Shown here: positions 8,972 through 19,130 of the stretch, one piece after another
Position numbering within the stretch: position 1 is the stretch's first letter
How the letters are laid out: each line of letters opens with the position of its first letter
Source: Myxococcota bacterium
GTDB taxonomy: Bacteria > Myxococcota > UBA4151
Direction of reading: 5' to 3'
DNA: 46,937 bases
NCBI GenBank assembly: GCA_040260805.1
Contig: JBDQPD010000011.1
Coordinates: 1 to 46,937 of the forward strand
Translations under genes and position numbers: made by a program
The notes under the pieces: model-generated
Seen by the model: the letters and a program-made list of their open reading frames with translations, nothing else
The model's database searches: none
Told to the model about the DNA's origin: nothing

Positions 8972-10185
8972 GAGCCTTCGCGCTGATCATGCTCGCCGGA
9001 CTCGGTTGCAGTCCCCTACTCAACCTTGACGACAGCGATGACTCCAACAAGACCAACCCTTGTGAGCCCGGCCAAGCCGATCGCGGCGCCGCCGACTGTG
9101 CGCTCGGGTTTTGGTGCAATCCAGAGACCTCGGAGTGCGAAAAGGGCGACGTCTATCTGCCGGTTTATAAGACCATGCCCCCGAGTTACGAGGGCACCTG
9201 CTTTGAGTCGGAGGTGAACACCTGTTTTGACGGCCGCGGCGCGTGCACGATCAAGTGGCGTGAGCTCAAAGACGATCAAGTCGAAGTTCGTGCCGGCAAT
9301 ATCTACGAGGTGAAGTGGGAAAACGGCGCCGCCTGTTACTACATGTCGGTTCTGTTCGCCGGTCGATGGGAGTGGCCTGATGTCTTTGAGCGCAGCTGGT
9401 GCGTGAACTCTGACCCGCTCGGCAACCAGATCTGCGTCAGCAACGAGATCAGCTCGATCACCGCCAATACGCAGGCTGAGTACTGCGTGGGTACCCACTC
9501 CGAGGGCGCGAACCAAACCTTTGAGTTCGCGCCCCGTGGCACCTTACTGAACAACCACTGTCATTGGCGTATGCGCTGCCCGGACGGTAACGAAACCGAG
9601 AACTGGGCGAGCTCACCGGTTCCTGCCCCTCAGTGGGAACGTACCGACGAAAACGCTCGGATCAACTTGTTCAAGGAGACCATTCAAAACTACTGTGAAG
9701 TGGCGCAGAATACGCCGCTCGATCAGTGGCCCAAAGACGGCAACGTCATCCCAAAAATCGCGATCAGCGAAGCCGATGGCTTTCCGGGCGATATCGTCGG
9801 CGGCGAGGATGATAACGTCACCTGGTCCGGATTAGCGGTGCCCGCTGATGGCGTCTCCGAGGTGGTGCGGATTGAACGGCTCACCCTTAAGCGTACAGAG
9901 ACCATTCGCGAGTTGATCGACGGCGCGCTTGAGCTGTCGCTTGTGCACAGCGGCGGCAACACGACCGGCAACGTGCGCGGTATGCTCAACCGTAAGAACA
10001 AGCTGGTGCTGCACCTCGGCGGTGCGATGTGGAAAAACAGCTCGTGCTCACCCAAGCTGATCTTAGATCTCGACGGCTACCGCGCCAGCAACAACGAGCG
10101 GATTCCGACGGTGCTTGAAGGCTGCGGATTAGACTCGACCCTGTATCTCTGCCCAGGCGTTCGCCAAGACTGTCGAGCGGACTAG
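8968..10185 (+). CDS. Cys/Trp-rich lipoprotein, unknown function
   Basis: Lipobox GLGC followed by SPLLNLDD and a four-Cys module (PCEPG..DCALGFWCNPETSECE). AAGGAG SD upstream. Confidence 0.75.
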   Translation: MRAFALIMLAGLGCSPLLNLDDSDDSNKTNPCEPGQADRGAADCALGFWCNPETSECEKGDVYLPVYKTMPPSYEGTCFESEVNTCFDGRGACTIKWRELKDDQVEVRAGNIYEVKWENGAACYYMSVLFAGRWEWPDVFERSWCVNSDPLGNQICVSNEISSITANTQAEYCVGTHSEGANQTFEFAPRGTLLNNHCHWRMRCPDGNETENWASSPVPAPQWERTDENARINLFKETIQNYCEVAQNTPLDQWPKDGNVIPKIAISEADGFPGDIVGGEDDNVTWSGLAVPADGVSEVVRIERLTLKRTETIRELIDGALELSLVHSGGNTTGNVRGMLNRKNKLVLHLGGAMWKNSSCSPKLILDLDGYRASNNERIPTVLEGCGLDSTLYLCPGVRQDCRAD

Positions 10186-11039
10186 CTCGGCGCCTCTTCA
10201 CCCGCTGAAGCGCCGGTGTAGCGGATGATCAAGGCGATCAAAATTAAGCCGCCACCGATCAGGGTGTGCGACGCGATCGCTTGGCTCCAGATCAAGAGCA
10301 CCCAGATCGGATTTAAGACCGGCTCAAGCAAGGTCAGGATCGACGCCTCTTGAGCGCCCACATGCTTCAAACCCCACGCAAAGATGACATAAGGAACCGC
10401 ATATTGAACGACGGCGAGTCCACCAACCCAAGCCCATTGAGCGCCCTGTAACCAAGGATCAAAGCCTTGAACAAAAGGCAGCAACAAGATCACACAGACC
10501 AATTGGGTGAGGGCGATCACGCTCATACTGTCTTGATCACGCAACAGCCGCAGGCTGACGATCACGCCACCATAACCCACGCCAGCCACTAAGGCTAAGC
10601 ATAAGCCGAGCAGATCGCCCACACCTGAGCCCAAACCGACGATGGTCACGACCCCAACCATCGCCACCGCAAGCGCAGCGATGGCTCGCTTTGGCGTCGC
10701 CTCACGCAGCCAGAAGTGGTTGATGAGCAACACCCAAAAAGGCGCGGTGTACTGCAAGAAGATGACGTCGCCGGCGTCGGAGCGGGTCATGGCGGTGATG
10801 AAGCAAATGCTCATCAGCGAGAAGCTGAAGAACAAGCTGATCAACGCCCATTGGAAGCGCAGCGCTCGCCAGCGCACGAAGGGCAGCAACAAAATAGCGC
10901 AAAACACGCCTCGCCAAAGCGCGATCAACGGACCCGCTCGCTCGGCAGGAGCCAGAGCCATCAGCTCAGGTGATTTGATAAACAGCCCGCTGGTGCTCCA
11001 AAGCAGCGCTGCGAGCAGCACGGCCACGCGACCACTCAT
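10182..11039 (-). CDS. EamA/DMT family transporter
   Basis: About 10 hydrophobic segments in two repeats, with LQYTAPFWV and LLEPVLNPIWV motifs. Confidence 0.9.
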   Translation of the reverse strand: MSGRVAVLLAALLWSTSGLFIKSPELMALAPAERAGPLIALWRGVFCAILLLPFVRWRALRFQWALISLFFSFSLMSICFITAMTRSDAGDVIFLQYTAPFWVLLINHFWLREATPKRAIAALAVAMVGVVTIVGLGSGVGDLLGLCLALVAGVGYGGVIVSLRLLRDQDSMSVIALTQLVCVILLLPFVQGFDPWLQGAQWAWVGGLAVVQYAVPYVIFAWGLKHVGAQEASILTLLEPVLNPIWVLLIWSQAIASHTLIGGGLILIALIIRYTGASAGEEAPS

Positions 11040-11042
11040 CGG

Positions 11043-11738
11043 CTAACTCTTATCGCGTCGGTACAAGGCGTAAAGATCGGGGCGTCGCGCCTGCGTGCGC
11101 TGCTTGGCTTGATCCAGACGCCAACTCTCGATGGCGCCATGGTGACCACTGCGCAACACCTCGGGCACCTGCTCGTCTTCGAAGGAGGCTGGCTGGGTAT
11201 AATGCGGATGCTCAAGTAGGTGCTCTGAGTGGCTTTCAACCTCACTGGATTCCACATTGCCCAAAACACCAGGGATCAGGCGCGCAGTGGCGTCGATCAG
11301 ACAAGCGGCGGCGAGCTCGCCGCCGCTGAGCACAAAGTCACCTAGACTGATCTCCACATCGACGTGCTTGCGAATACGCTCGTCAAAGCCCTCGTATCGA
11401 CCGCACAGGAAAATCGCCCCTTGGGGCTGACTTAGCTCACGAATTCGGGCTTGTTTTAACGGCTCGCCCTGGGGAGTCATCATCACCACCGGTGCGCCCG
11501 GCAGCTGCTCACGAGCCCAGCGAATAGCCGGCACGACCACGTCAGCGCGCAACACCAAGCCGGCACCACCGCCAAAGGGTTTGTCATCAATTTTGGTGTG
11601 CTTACCCAACCCAAAGTCAGTCAAGGCGCGACCTTCAACTACAAAATGCCCCTCGCTCATGCCGCGACCAACCACGCCCAGCGAGACCGCTTCACGCACT
11701 GCGTCTGGAAAGCGCGCCAACACTAAAAATCGAATCAT
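11043..11738 (-). CDS. trmD: tRNA (guanine37-N1)-methyltransferase
   Basis: Motifs DDKPFGGGAG, LCGRYEGFDER, SLGDFVLSGGE, LEHPHYT and VPEVLRSGHH. Confidence 0.97.
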   Translation of the reverse strand: MIRFLVLARFPDAVREAVSLGVVGRGMSEGHFVVEGRALTDFGLGKHTKIDDKPFGGGAGLVLRADVVVPAIRWAREQLPGAPVVMMTPQGEPLKQARIRELSQPQGAIFLCGRYEGFDERIRKHVDVEISLGDFVLSGGELAAACLIDATARLIPGVLGNVESSEVESHSEHLLEHPHYTQPASFEDEQVPEVLRSGHHGAIESWRLDQAKQRTQARRPDLYALYRRDKS

Positions 11739-12238
11739 TGCTGCGCCTCGAACAAGCCTTCCGGCAGATCAAAGACCACAGTACGGACCTCGAAGTCGAC
11801 GGCTTCAATCACCGGGCCATCAAGGGGAATAAGCCCTGAGTCTAGGCGAGCCATCATACGACCAGCGAGCACAAAAACCTCGTGGACGAGCCCTAAATCG
11901 TCACCATTTAAGTCCGATGCGGTGCAGCCGACTAAGTCTTCTATATAGAATCCGTCATCCTCACCGAGCTCGGGTAAGACGTCTCGATCGATCGAGAGCG
12001 TCTCGCCTTTGAGCGCCTCAGCTTGCGAGCGATCATCAACCCCGACCAGACCCATTAAGTAAAATGGAGCGCCGCCAGGAGCCGGACCAAAACGAGAAAG
12101 CTCCCGGAGGGTACTTCCCACCAGGAGCTCTACACCCGGCTTGAGCCAAGTTGGATCTTCAAGTTCGAGCCGTGCTCTGAGCAGTCCGCGCACCCCATGG
12201 GGTCGCTGCACAAAGCCCAGCGTCAGCAGTCGGCCCAT
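11735..12238 (-). CDS. rimM: ribosome maturation factor RimM
   Basis: Motifs RPHGVRG, GVDDRSQAEALKG and FYIEDLVG. Lies between rpsP and trmD. Confidence 0.92.
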   Translation of the reverse strand: MGRLLTLGFVQRPHGVRGLLRARLELEDPTWLKPGVELLVGSTLRELSRFGPAPGGAPFYLMGLVGVDDRSQAEALKGETLSIDRDVLPELGEDDGFYIEDLVGCTASDLNGDDLGLVHEVFVLAGRMMARLDSGLIPLDGPVIEAVDFEVRTVVFDLPEGLFEAQQ

Positions 12239-12250
12239 CGCATCCGCCGA

Positions 12251-12496
12251 TCAGGCTTCGATGCCAGCCTTTTTGATTAAGTTTGCCACGGTATCCGAGG
12301 GCGATGCGCCCACGCCGAGCCAGTACTTAACGCGCTCTTCGTTGAGATTGAGACCGTTCTCTTCCACGAGTGGATCAAAGGTACCCAGCTTCTCGATGTA
12401 TGAGCCAGCGCGAGTCTTCGCACTGTCTGCGGCAACAACGCTATAAAAGGGGCGCTTTTTGCGACCACGACGAACCATGCGTAGGCGAACGGCCAT
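12251..12496 (-). CDS. rpsP: 30S ribosomal protein S16
   Basis: MAVRLRMVRRGRKKRPFYSVVAADS...YIEKLGTFDP...YWLGVGASPSDTV. ATG 12496 follows GGAG. Confidence 0.97.
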   Translation of the reverse strand: MAVRLRMVRRGRKKRPFYSVVAADSAKTRAGSYIEKLGTFDPLVEENGLNLNEERVKYWLGVGASPSDTVANLIKKAGIEA

Positions 12497-12531
12497 ACTA
12501 AATATCTCCACCCTGTTCCCAGGGACGGGCG

Positions 12532-12560
12532 CTGTTAGAGGCGCCCCTGCTCTGCGTCAA
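12532..12560 (-). promoter_or_regulatory. putative sigma70-type promoter for rpsP-rimM-trmD
   Basis: The minus strand reads TTGACG-N17-TAACAG in the 70-bp gltX-rpsP gap. Confidence 0.4.
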
Positions 12561-12566
12561 CCGAAT

Positions 12567-14024
12567 TCAGTGTCCCGCAGACTTCAAAACCTGAATGGCA
12601 ACTCGTAAGCGGCGGCGCACGCGCTCCTTGCCCAGAACCTCCAAGGTCTCGAACAATCCGGGCGTCGCCTTGCTTCCCGTCACCGCAATACGGACGGGCA
12701 TAAACAGATCCCGCGGCTTCCACTCAGCGGACTCACAGAACCCTCGCAAGGTCTCCTGCAAGCGCTCCCGAGTCCACTCCGACAGACCATCCAACACCTC
12801 AACCAAACCCAACAAAGCAGGCCGAACCTCTGAAAGTTCTCGCTTTTTCGGGGTCAGGCTTTCGGCTGTAATCGTCACATCACCGGTAAAGAAAAAGTCC
12901 GTCTTGGTGATAAACTCATCCAAGCGATCCATCCGCTCATGAACCAGAGGCAAAATGGCCAACAGGCGCTCATCACTGAACAGATGATCCTTGAGGACTG
13001 AGAGGAGCTGCTCCGGGGTGTGATCTTCTCGCAGGTAGCGTCCGTTCAGCCAGGTCAGCTTGGCCAGGTCAAAGACCGGGCCACCCAAACTGATACGCTC
13101 CAACGAGAACGCCTCCGTCATCTCTTGAGTCGTGAACTTCTCAACGGAGTCTTCACCCTCCTCAACCGGATAGCTCCAAGCCATCCGGGCGAGGTAATTC
13201 CGGAGCGCCTCAGGGACGATACCGGCGTCACGATAGTAGTTCAGACTCACCGGGTTCTTACGTTTCGATACTTTCGACTTGTCCGCATTTCGAAGCAGCG
13301 GAAGATGGACAAATTGCGGCGCAGACCAACCAAAAGCCTCATAAAGCAAAACGTGCTTTGGTGTGGAGCTGATCCACTCTTCGCCGCGGATCACGTGGCT
13401 GATCTGCATCAGGTGATCATCAACGACATTGGCTAAGTGGTACGTAGGATAGCCATCCGACTTGAGCAGCACCTGATCGTCGACCTGCTCGTTCGAAAAG
13501 GTGATCGCCTCGCGCAGCAGATCATCGACGATCGTCTCACCCGTCCGGTCGACATTGAGTCGGACCACGAACGACTCACCTGATGCGGCGCGCCGGTCAG
13601 ACTCCTCGGGAGTCACCCCGTGAAGACAGGCTTTGTCGTAGCCAGGGTTTTCTTTCTTAGTCCGTTGTTCGGCTCGTAGTTCCGTCAGTCGTTCCGAGGT
13701 GCAGAAACATCGGTAGGCTTTACCGCTTTGAATCAACTGATCCACATACTCACCGTAAAGATGGGTGCGCTCGCTTTGGCGGTAGGGACCGAACTCGCCG
13801 CCAACATCTGGACCCTCATCCCACTCAATGCCGCACCAGCGAAGTGCATCGAAGATCATCTGTTCACTCAGCGCATTGGATCGCGCTCGGTCCGTATCTT
13901 CAATGCGTAAGATAAAGCTTCCGCCCTCTTTGCGCGCAAACACCTGGTTGATCAGGCCGATGTAAGCGGTCCCGATATGAGGGTCGCCCGTTGGAGACGG
14001 AGCAATACGCACACGAACAGTCAT
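12567..14024 (-). CDS. gltX: glutamate--tRNA ligase
   Basis: Motifs [34 protein letters not shown] and KVSKR (the KMSKS equivalent). Confidence 0.97.
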   Translation of the reverse strand: MTVRVRIAPSPTGDPHIGTAYIGLINQVFARKEGGSFILRIEDTDRARSNALSEQMIFDALRWCGIEWDEGPDVGGEFGPYRQSERTHLYGEYVDQLIQSGKAYRCFCTSERLTELRAEQRTKKENPGYDKACLHGVTPEESDRRAASGESFVVRLNVDRTGETIVDDLLREAITFSNEQVDDQVLLKSDGYPTYHLANVVDDHLMQISHVIRGEEWISSTPKHVLLYEAFGWSAPQFVHLPLLRNADKSKVSKRKNPVSLNYYRDAGIVPEALRNYLARMAWSYPVEEGEDSVEKFTTQEMTEAFSLERISLGGPVFDLAKLTWLNGRYLREDHTPEQLLSVLKDHLFSDERLLAILPLVHERMDRLDEFITKTDFFFTGDVTITAESLTPKKRELSEVRPALLGLVEVLDGLSEWTRERLQETLRGFCESAEWKPRDLFMPVRIAVTGSKATPGLFETLEVLGKERVRRRLRVAIQVLKSAGH

Positions 14025-14091
14025 TGGATTCTCACAATTCGGTTTGGCTTTTGAGCGCGCTTTGCCTCGGGCGCAAGAACAGCTTGAAACG

Positions 14092-14577
14092 CTAGGGCGT
14101 GACCGCTGGAGTCTGAGTCGGCTCGGGCGGCGTGGCCGCCGGGGTCGGGCTGTGGTGCAGTTGGTTCCAGATCTTGGTCAAATCGATGGGCCTGAGTTTG
14201 GTCATGTGATCCGATTGGTGGCAGCTCTGGCAATCGGCGAGCGTGGGGATCTTGAGCCCGAGATAGCCTCTCAAGTGCTTATCGCGCATCAGGTGCTCTT
14301 CTTGATATTCACTCCCAGGTCCGTGGCAGGTCTCACAGGTCACCCCTGCCTCTCGATGGTCCGGATCCGGGGCGTGACAGGTCAAACACAGCTTGTTTTT
14401 GCGATCTTTGGGCAGCAGACGAAGGTAGGCCTTGGCATGGGCATGCCCCTGCCATTCTTTATGCTGACTGCTGTGACACGCTGCGCAGGCTTGAGGGCCG
14501 ACACTTCGGGGTTCACCGGAATGGCTTGACGTGGCAACAAGCAATACGCCCGCAACAGCGAGAGCGCGAAGAAACAC
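14092..14577 (-). CDS. periplasmic tetraheme c-type cytochrome (c554-like)
   Basis: Signal peptide and four CxxCH motifs (CAACH, CLTCH, CETCH, CQSCH), plus the [12 protein letters not shown] pattern. GTG start follows AGGAGG. Confidence 0.88.
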   Translation of the reverse strand: MFLRALAVAGVLLVATSSHSGEPRSVGPQACAACHSSQHKEWQGHAHAKAYLRLLPKDRKNKLCLTCHAPDPDHREAGVTCETCHGPGSEYQEEHLMRDKHLRGYLGLKIPTLADCQSCHQSDHMTKLRPIDLTKIWNQLHHSPTPAATPPEPTQTPAVTP

Positions 14578-14640
14578 TCTTTGCCTCCTTGTTGCTCGGC
14601 GCTATCACGCGGTCCCACGAAGTGGCAACGGAGAGCATGC

Positions 14641-15222
14641 ATGCGCATCATTGGTCTGACGGGAGGAATTGGCGCCGGGAAGTCGGAAGTCGCTCGAATT
14701 CTCTCTCGAAGAGGAATCCCCGTCATCAACGCTGATCAGCTGTCACGAGAAGTCGTGGAGCCCGGCTCACCAGGCTTAAAGGCCGTTATCAAGCGCTTTG
14801 GGAACTCCGTATTGCGCGGCGATGGGAGCCTAGACCGTAAGGGATTAGCTCGACGAGTCTTCGCCAACCAAGATGAGCGGCTAACGCTCGAGGGCATTCT
14901 GCATCCCCTCATTCGTGAGCGAACCGAAGCGCACCTGCTGGTTCTAGAAGAGGGCAACACGCCGGTGTGTATCCTTGAGTCACCGCTCCTCTTTGAGGCG
15001 TCACAAGACGAACTCTGCGATGCGGTCATTACCGTCGTGGCGGACTTCAACCTGCGCGCCAAACGCGTCAAGCGTCGGGAAGGACTGACCATCGATCAGT
15101 TCCAACAGCGCGTCGATGCTCAAATCAATGACGACACCCGGCGTCGACTTTCGGATATGATCGTCGAAAATAATGGCAGCTTAGAAGATCTCCGGCGGGC
15201 CGTGAACCGCATCAAAATCTAA
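14641..15222 (+). CDS. coaE: dephospho-CoA kinase
   Basis: Motifs IIGLTGGIGAGKS, GSLDRKGLA, LEGILHPLI and ESPLLFE. Confidence 0.96.
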   Translation: MRIIGLTGGIGAGKSEVARILSRRGIPVINADQLSREVVEPGSPGLKAVIKRFGNSVLRGDGSLDRKGLARRVFANQDERLTLEGILHPLIRERTEAHLLVLEEGNTPVCILESPLLFEASQDELCDAVITVVADFNLRAKRVKRREGLTIDQFQQRVDAQINDDTRRRLSDMIVENNGSLEDLRRAVNRIKI

Positions 15223-15228
15223 AAGCTT

Positions 15229-15834
15229 ATGTCTTGGCGTCTGATCAATGCTCGATTTGAGGTGGGTGCAGTGCGCACCGGACAGTTTCCAGAGGCTGAT
15301 GCGCTAGAGTTCGCGCTCGTCGGGCGCTCGAACGTCGGTAAGAGCTCGCTCCTGAATGCCCTTTTCGGAACGAAGAAGCTGGTCAAGACATCAAAGGCTC
15401 CTGGACGAACTCGGGAGCTCAACTTCTTCGCAGCTGAGCTGATGGGTGACGAAGATCAAAGGATTCCCGTCCGCTTTGTGGATCTGCCTGGCTACGGCTA
15501 CGCGAAAGTAAGCCACAGCCAGCGAGATGCGATGAGCGAGCGGATTGGCACCTATTTGTCGTCGGGGCGACATCGCATGGCGATGCTGTTGCTCGACCTA
15601 AAGCGCCCGCCCGCTGATCTGGACCGACAGACCTTCGACTACTTATGTGATCAAGGGCCGGCAGAGATTATCTGTACGAAGTCTGACCGGCTCAAGCCCA
15701 ATGGGCGAAAGACGCGTCGACGAGATCTCCAGTCTGAAATGGGGCTCGCTTATCCGCCGAGGCTGACCTCAGCGACCAAAGGAAACGGCTTACCCGAGCT
15801 CAGAACCTGGCTGGCTGGGTTGGCGACGAGCTAA
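15229..15834 (+). CDS. engB: ribosome biogenesis GTPase YihA/YsxC
   Basis: Motifs GRSNVGKSS, KAPGRT, DLPGYGYA and TKSD. Confidence 0.95.
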   Translation: MSWRLINARFEVGAVRTGQFPEADALEFALVGRSNVGKSSLLNALFGTKKLVKTSKAPGRTRELNFFAAELMGDEDQRIPVRFVDLPGYGYAKVSHSQRDAMSERIGTYLSSGRHRMAMLLLDLKRPPADLDRQTFDYLCDQGPAEIICTKSDRLKPNGRKTRRRDLQSEMGLAYPPRLTSATKGNGLPELRTWLAGLATS

Positions 15835-17834
15835 GGCGAATACGGGACGTAGATAAGCGCGGATTGGGCTGGCGCGCCGCTTGACTCGGGAGGTGCTGTG
15901 CGTCCTCCCGCTACAAAATACGATCCATCAGACAATAGACTGACTGAGGCGCCCCATCGCCCTTCGGGGAGCTGCTGCGCTAAGGGTTGGCTTTCAACCT
16001 GCCAAATCAACTGACCTTGCTGCTCAACCTGTCGAAGACTCAGCAGCACCGCGCGATCACTCGCGACGCCTGCTTGCTCCTCACCACCCACCACCAGCAC
16101 TGGACACGGGTTTGTGCCTTCACAAGGCAAGGTCGTCGCTGCAAAGCCCCGATCCCAAACTTGAGCAGCTCCTTGAGCCTGCACTGGCAAATGTTCGAGC
16201 GAGCCACCTTCACGGAAACCCCGCCGACCGTTCGAGCGCCAGCGGTACAGCTCAAGCGACGACTCTTGTCCGATGGGCGCTTCAAGTCCACCGAGCACCA
16301 AGACCATCTCGGCGCTCACCCCAAAGCCCTTCGCTCCGGCGCGAGCCTGCGAGAGACTGATCTCAGAGTAGATGTGTGGCGCTTCAATATCGATGTTGGC
16401 GGCAGTGTTTGAGCGCAGCAACTGATAGACTCGAGTCGAGGGCTCAGTCAGACCTTGCTGATCAACCTCCCAACCGCCGAAGATCAACGCGCTGCCGTCA
16501 CCAAATGAAGCCGTACCCGGCTGAAACGGTAAACGGATCTCGGAATCAAGTCCTAGATTGTCGCGTCGAGAGACAAAGTTCGAAGCGTTGATCACCGCCA
16601 TACGATGCGGCATCTCAACGGTCGGCGGGTCATGGCGCGGTGGCCAATCAGCGTCGGGTGCGGTTTGATGCCGTCCCCAATAACCGCCCAACAAAACAAC
16701 ATCCATCAGGTCATGATCAACCGGGATGGCGCGCGGAAACATCAGCCGCTGCAGCGCGAAATGGCTTTCTCGTTGGTCCTCACCCCAGGTCAAACTGCTC
16801 AAGCGCGGGGTCACCTCGCTGTAATCAAAAATCTGAAACTGAGCGGGGGGCGGGACATCACAAAACGATCCACCGCGCAGGGTAATCCCGCCCAGCATGA
16901 GGACCCTTTTTCGCTCGCTTTGATGAAACAATGAAGCACCCAGCAAGCGCGGCACCTGTGCCATGTGGCGCCCGCTTTGAATCTCGAACTCATCGACAAA
17001 GCGCATCCGCTCATGTTCAAAGTACACCACACCACGAGCAGCCGGCTCGCCCAGTAGCTGATCTTCAAGACTCGGCTCACAGGAAGGAACCTCCGCAGGA
17101 CCTGCGTCTTCGGTTGCACCGCCATCCGGCAACGATGCGTCCGGAGCCTGTTCTATGGAACCGTCATGAGCGGAGGCATCAAGGACGCCCGCTTCTGCTG
17201 CCCCAGCATCAAACGCAGGGCCTGCGTCACTTAGTCCGGCTTCGACTCCACCAGCATCCGCTAAGGGACCCGAGTCCGGCAAAGGGCCGGCATCCGCTCG
17301 GCTTGAGGGGCTGATCCAAGGCGTCGTTCGACCGCCGACCAGCAACACACCCGACCCTAAGCTCACCGATTCATGCTCGAAGCGCTGAACCTCAGGCGCG
17401 GCAAGCGTCACCCATCGGTTGACCGGGAGCACCGGGAGATTAACCGTAAGCTCAGTGTCGTTGGAACCACATCCCAAATCCGAGCGCCTACCCAGCGCAA
17501 AGACTGCGCCAGACGGACTCCGGACGAGAAACTCTAGATCAAAGCGATCGCCCTCGGCGAAGTTAATCGGCTCACCAAATCGAGCCACTTCTGAGGTCGC
17601 ATCATCACCGAGTAAACGCCGCTCGATCAACTCACCGTCTTGACGAGTCAGCTTGAGATCAAGCGATGAAAACCTTCCCTCATCGCCCGGTAGATCAGAG
17701 CGAAAGGAGTCGACGCCCTCGGGTTGGACAATGTCCAAACGCAGAAGGCATGAGCGCCCAGGAATTTCAATGACCTGAGGCTCTTTCGGGCACCCAGAAA
17801 CCGCAAGAGTGAAGCAGATTAAGAGCCATCTCAT
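15831..17834 (-). CDS. Kelch-repeat-like lipoprotein with DAG low-complexity insert
   Basis: Lipobox VSGC and about seven hydrophobic-GG motifs (LLVGG, VLMLGG, VLLGG, LIFGG, LVLGG, LVVGG, FVAGG), typical of Kelch blades. Confidence 0.78.
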   Translation of the reverse strand: MRWLLICFTLAVSGCPKEPQVIEIPGRSCLLRLDIVQPEGVDSFRSDLPGDEGRFSSLDLKLTRQDGELIERRLLGDDATSEVARFGEPINFAEGDRFDLEFLVRSPSGAVFALGRRSDLGCGSNDTELTVNLPVLPVNRWVTLAAPEVQRFEHESVSLGSGVLLVGGRTTPWISPSSRADAGPLPDSGPLADAGGVEAGLSDAGPAFDAGAAEAGVLDASAHDGSIEQAPDASLPDGGATEDAGPAEVPSCEPSLEDQLLGEPAARGVVYFEHERMRFVDEFEIQSGRHMAQVPRLLGASLFHQSERKRVLMLGGITLRGGSFCDVPPPAQFQIFDYSEVTPRLSSLTWGEDQRESHFALQRLMFPRAIPVDHDLMDVVLLGGYWGRHQTAPDADWPPRHDPPTVEMPHRMAVINASNFVSRRDNLGLDSEIRLPFQPGTASFGDGSALIFGGWEVDQQGLTEPSTRVYQLLRSNTAANIDIEAPHIYSEISLSQARAGAKGFGVSAEMVLVLGGLEAPIGQESSLELYRWRSNGRRGFREGGSLEHLPVQAQGAAQVWDRGFAATTLPCEGTNPCPVLVVGGEEQAGVASDRAVLLSLRQVEQQGQLIWQVESQPLAQQLPEGRWGASVSLLSDGSYFVAGGRTAPPESSGAPAQSALIYVPYSP

Positions 17835-19126
17835 GGAAGGTTCGCCTCAACCGACATGGTCGGCTCCAGAAAGACTTCCTCGACGGGCGCTTCTTGCATC
17901 GAATAGAGCAAATACGCGGCGCTACCCCCCAAGAGGGCGACGGTCGAAACAATCCATAAATTGGCGGTCGAACGCTTTTGACGGAGACGCCGCCCAGGCA
18001 GCGATGCGCGACGCTCAGAAGCCGGTAAGCCCTCAAAGTCAGACGGATCGGGGATATCAGCTTGCATCGGTTGAGCAGAGCGCCAATCACCGGTCGCAAT
18101 CGGAACGCCGACGCCTCGCCGGCTCGCTGCGCCAATCAGGTGCGCCAAATCATTCTCTGCCAAGAGACCGCCGGTCACCATCGTCCCTACGCCAGCGACG
18201 CTTCCGTCACGAGCGACGGCGGCGATGTGAAGATTGAAGCGACCGTCAGAGCGGCGTCCAACCGTCGCTAAAATGCCGATACTTGCGCCCGCTTGACGGA
18301 CCACATCACCCATCTTGCCGATCACCTGAGACTTCGAATCTGGGCTGGATAAGGCCTCATCAAGTTCAGGGGTTGAGCGCAAGCGGGCGGGGCTCAAAGA
18401 GGCTTGTAATTCCACTCGAGCGGCACCGGATTCAACCTCGAAAACTTCGATGTACGCTCGATGACCTTGCGCACGAACCAGCAGACGATGCGATCCAGGG
18501 CGCAAGCGATCACCTGCTGCCGTCGGTCGGCCGTCGACCCAAACTTTGGCGTCAGCGGGACGCATTCGAATCACCGCGCCTACAGCGGGCTTCAAGCTCG
18601 CTTTGCGAGCGACCACTAGATCAGCGAGGTTGCCCGACAATCCATGCTGTCTGGGCTGAAGGCGCGGCATCACCCGCAACAGCTCATCGATGGTCCGGTC
18701 GCGCGTCAAAAGGTCCTGCTCCGCTTCAGCAATTTCAATCAGCAAGATGTTCACATCACGCCAGACCTCGCGAGCATCAGGCGTCAGCGGTAATGCGCCG
18801 AGATCCTGAATGACCTGACGAAGCGCCGACCGGGCAGCTTCTAAGTCTAACTCTTCATGAGCGCTTCGAGCCTGGTCCACTCTTTTGAGCAAGGCTCGAC
18901 GGTCAATCTCGGGCCCCGACACCAGCTGGGCGTCTTCTTCGCCTTCAACCAGCAGCCGATTGTTCCTTTTGACCAATGCTTTGAGCTTTCCTTGCAAATC
19001 AAAGAGCAAGGAGGGGGGCACGCGTCGGCCTACGGCGCGCGGCCGAGCCAGATAAAACACGCTGCTCGCATCGACCGCTTCGGCCAATGAAGAGCATAAA
19101 ACTAGCGCTAAGCACCACGCACGCAA
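17831..19126 (-). CDS. PEGA-domain protein with C-terminal hydrophobic helix
   Basis: PEGA-like PADAKVWVDG...LRPGSHRLLVRAQGH segment and C-terminal LWIVSTVALLGGSAAYLL. Start is uncertain: TTG 19126 gives the signal peptide MRAWCLALVLCSSLAEA. Confidence 0.72.
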   Translation of the reverse strand: MRAWCLALVLCSSLAEAVDASSVFYLARPRAVGRRVPPSLLFDLQGKLKALVKRNNRLLVEGEEDAQLVSGPEIDRRALLKRVDQARSAHEELDLEAARSALRQVIQDLGALPLTPDAREVWRDVNILLIEIAEAEQDLLTRDRTIDELLRVMPRLQPRQHGLSGNLADLVVARKASLKPAVGAVIRMRPADAKVWVDGRPTAAGDRLRPGSHRLLVRAQGHRAYIEVFEVESGAARVELQASLSPARLRSTPELDEALSSPDSKSQVIGKMGDVVRQAGASIGILATVGRRSDGRFNLHIAAVARDGSVAGVGTMVTGGLLAENDLAHLIGAASRRGVGVPIATGDWRSAQPMQADIPDPSDFEGLPASERRASLPGRRLRQKRSTANLWIVSTVALLGGSAAYLLYSMQEAPVEEVFLEPTMSVEANLP

Positions 19127-19130
19127 GACA

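Noticed and set aside
14021..14233. 70-aa ORF bridging the cytochrome and gltX
   Set aside because: It mostly overlaps the cytochrome gene in another frame and has no recognisable features.
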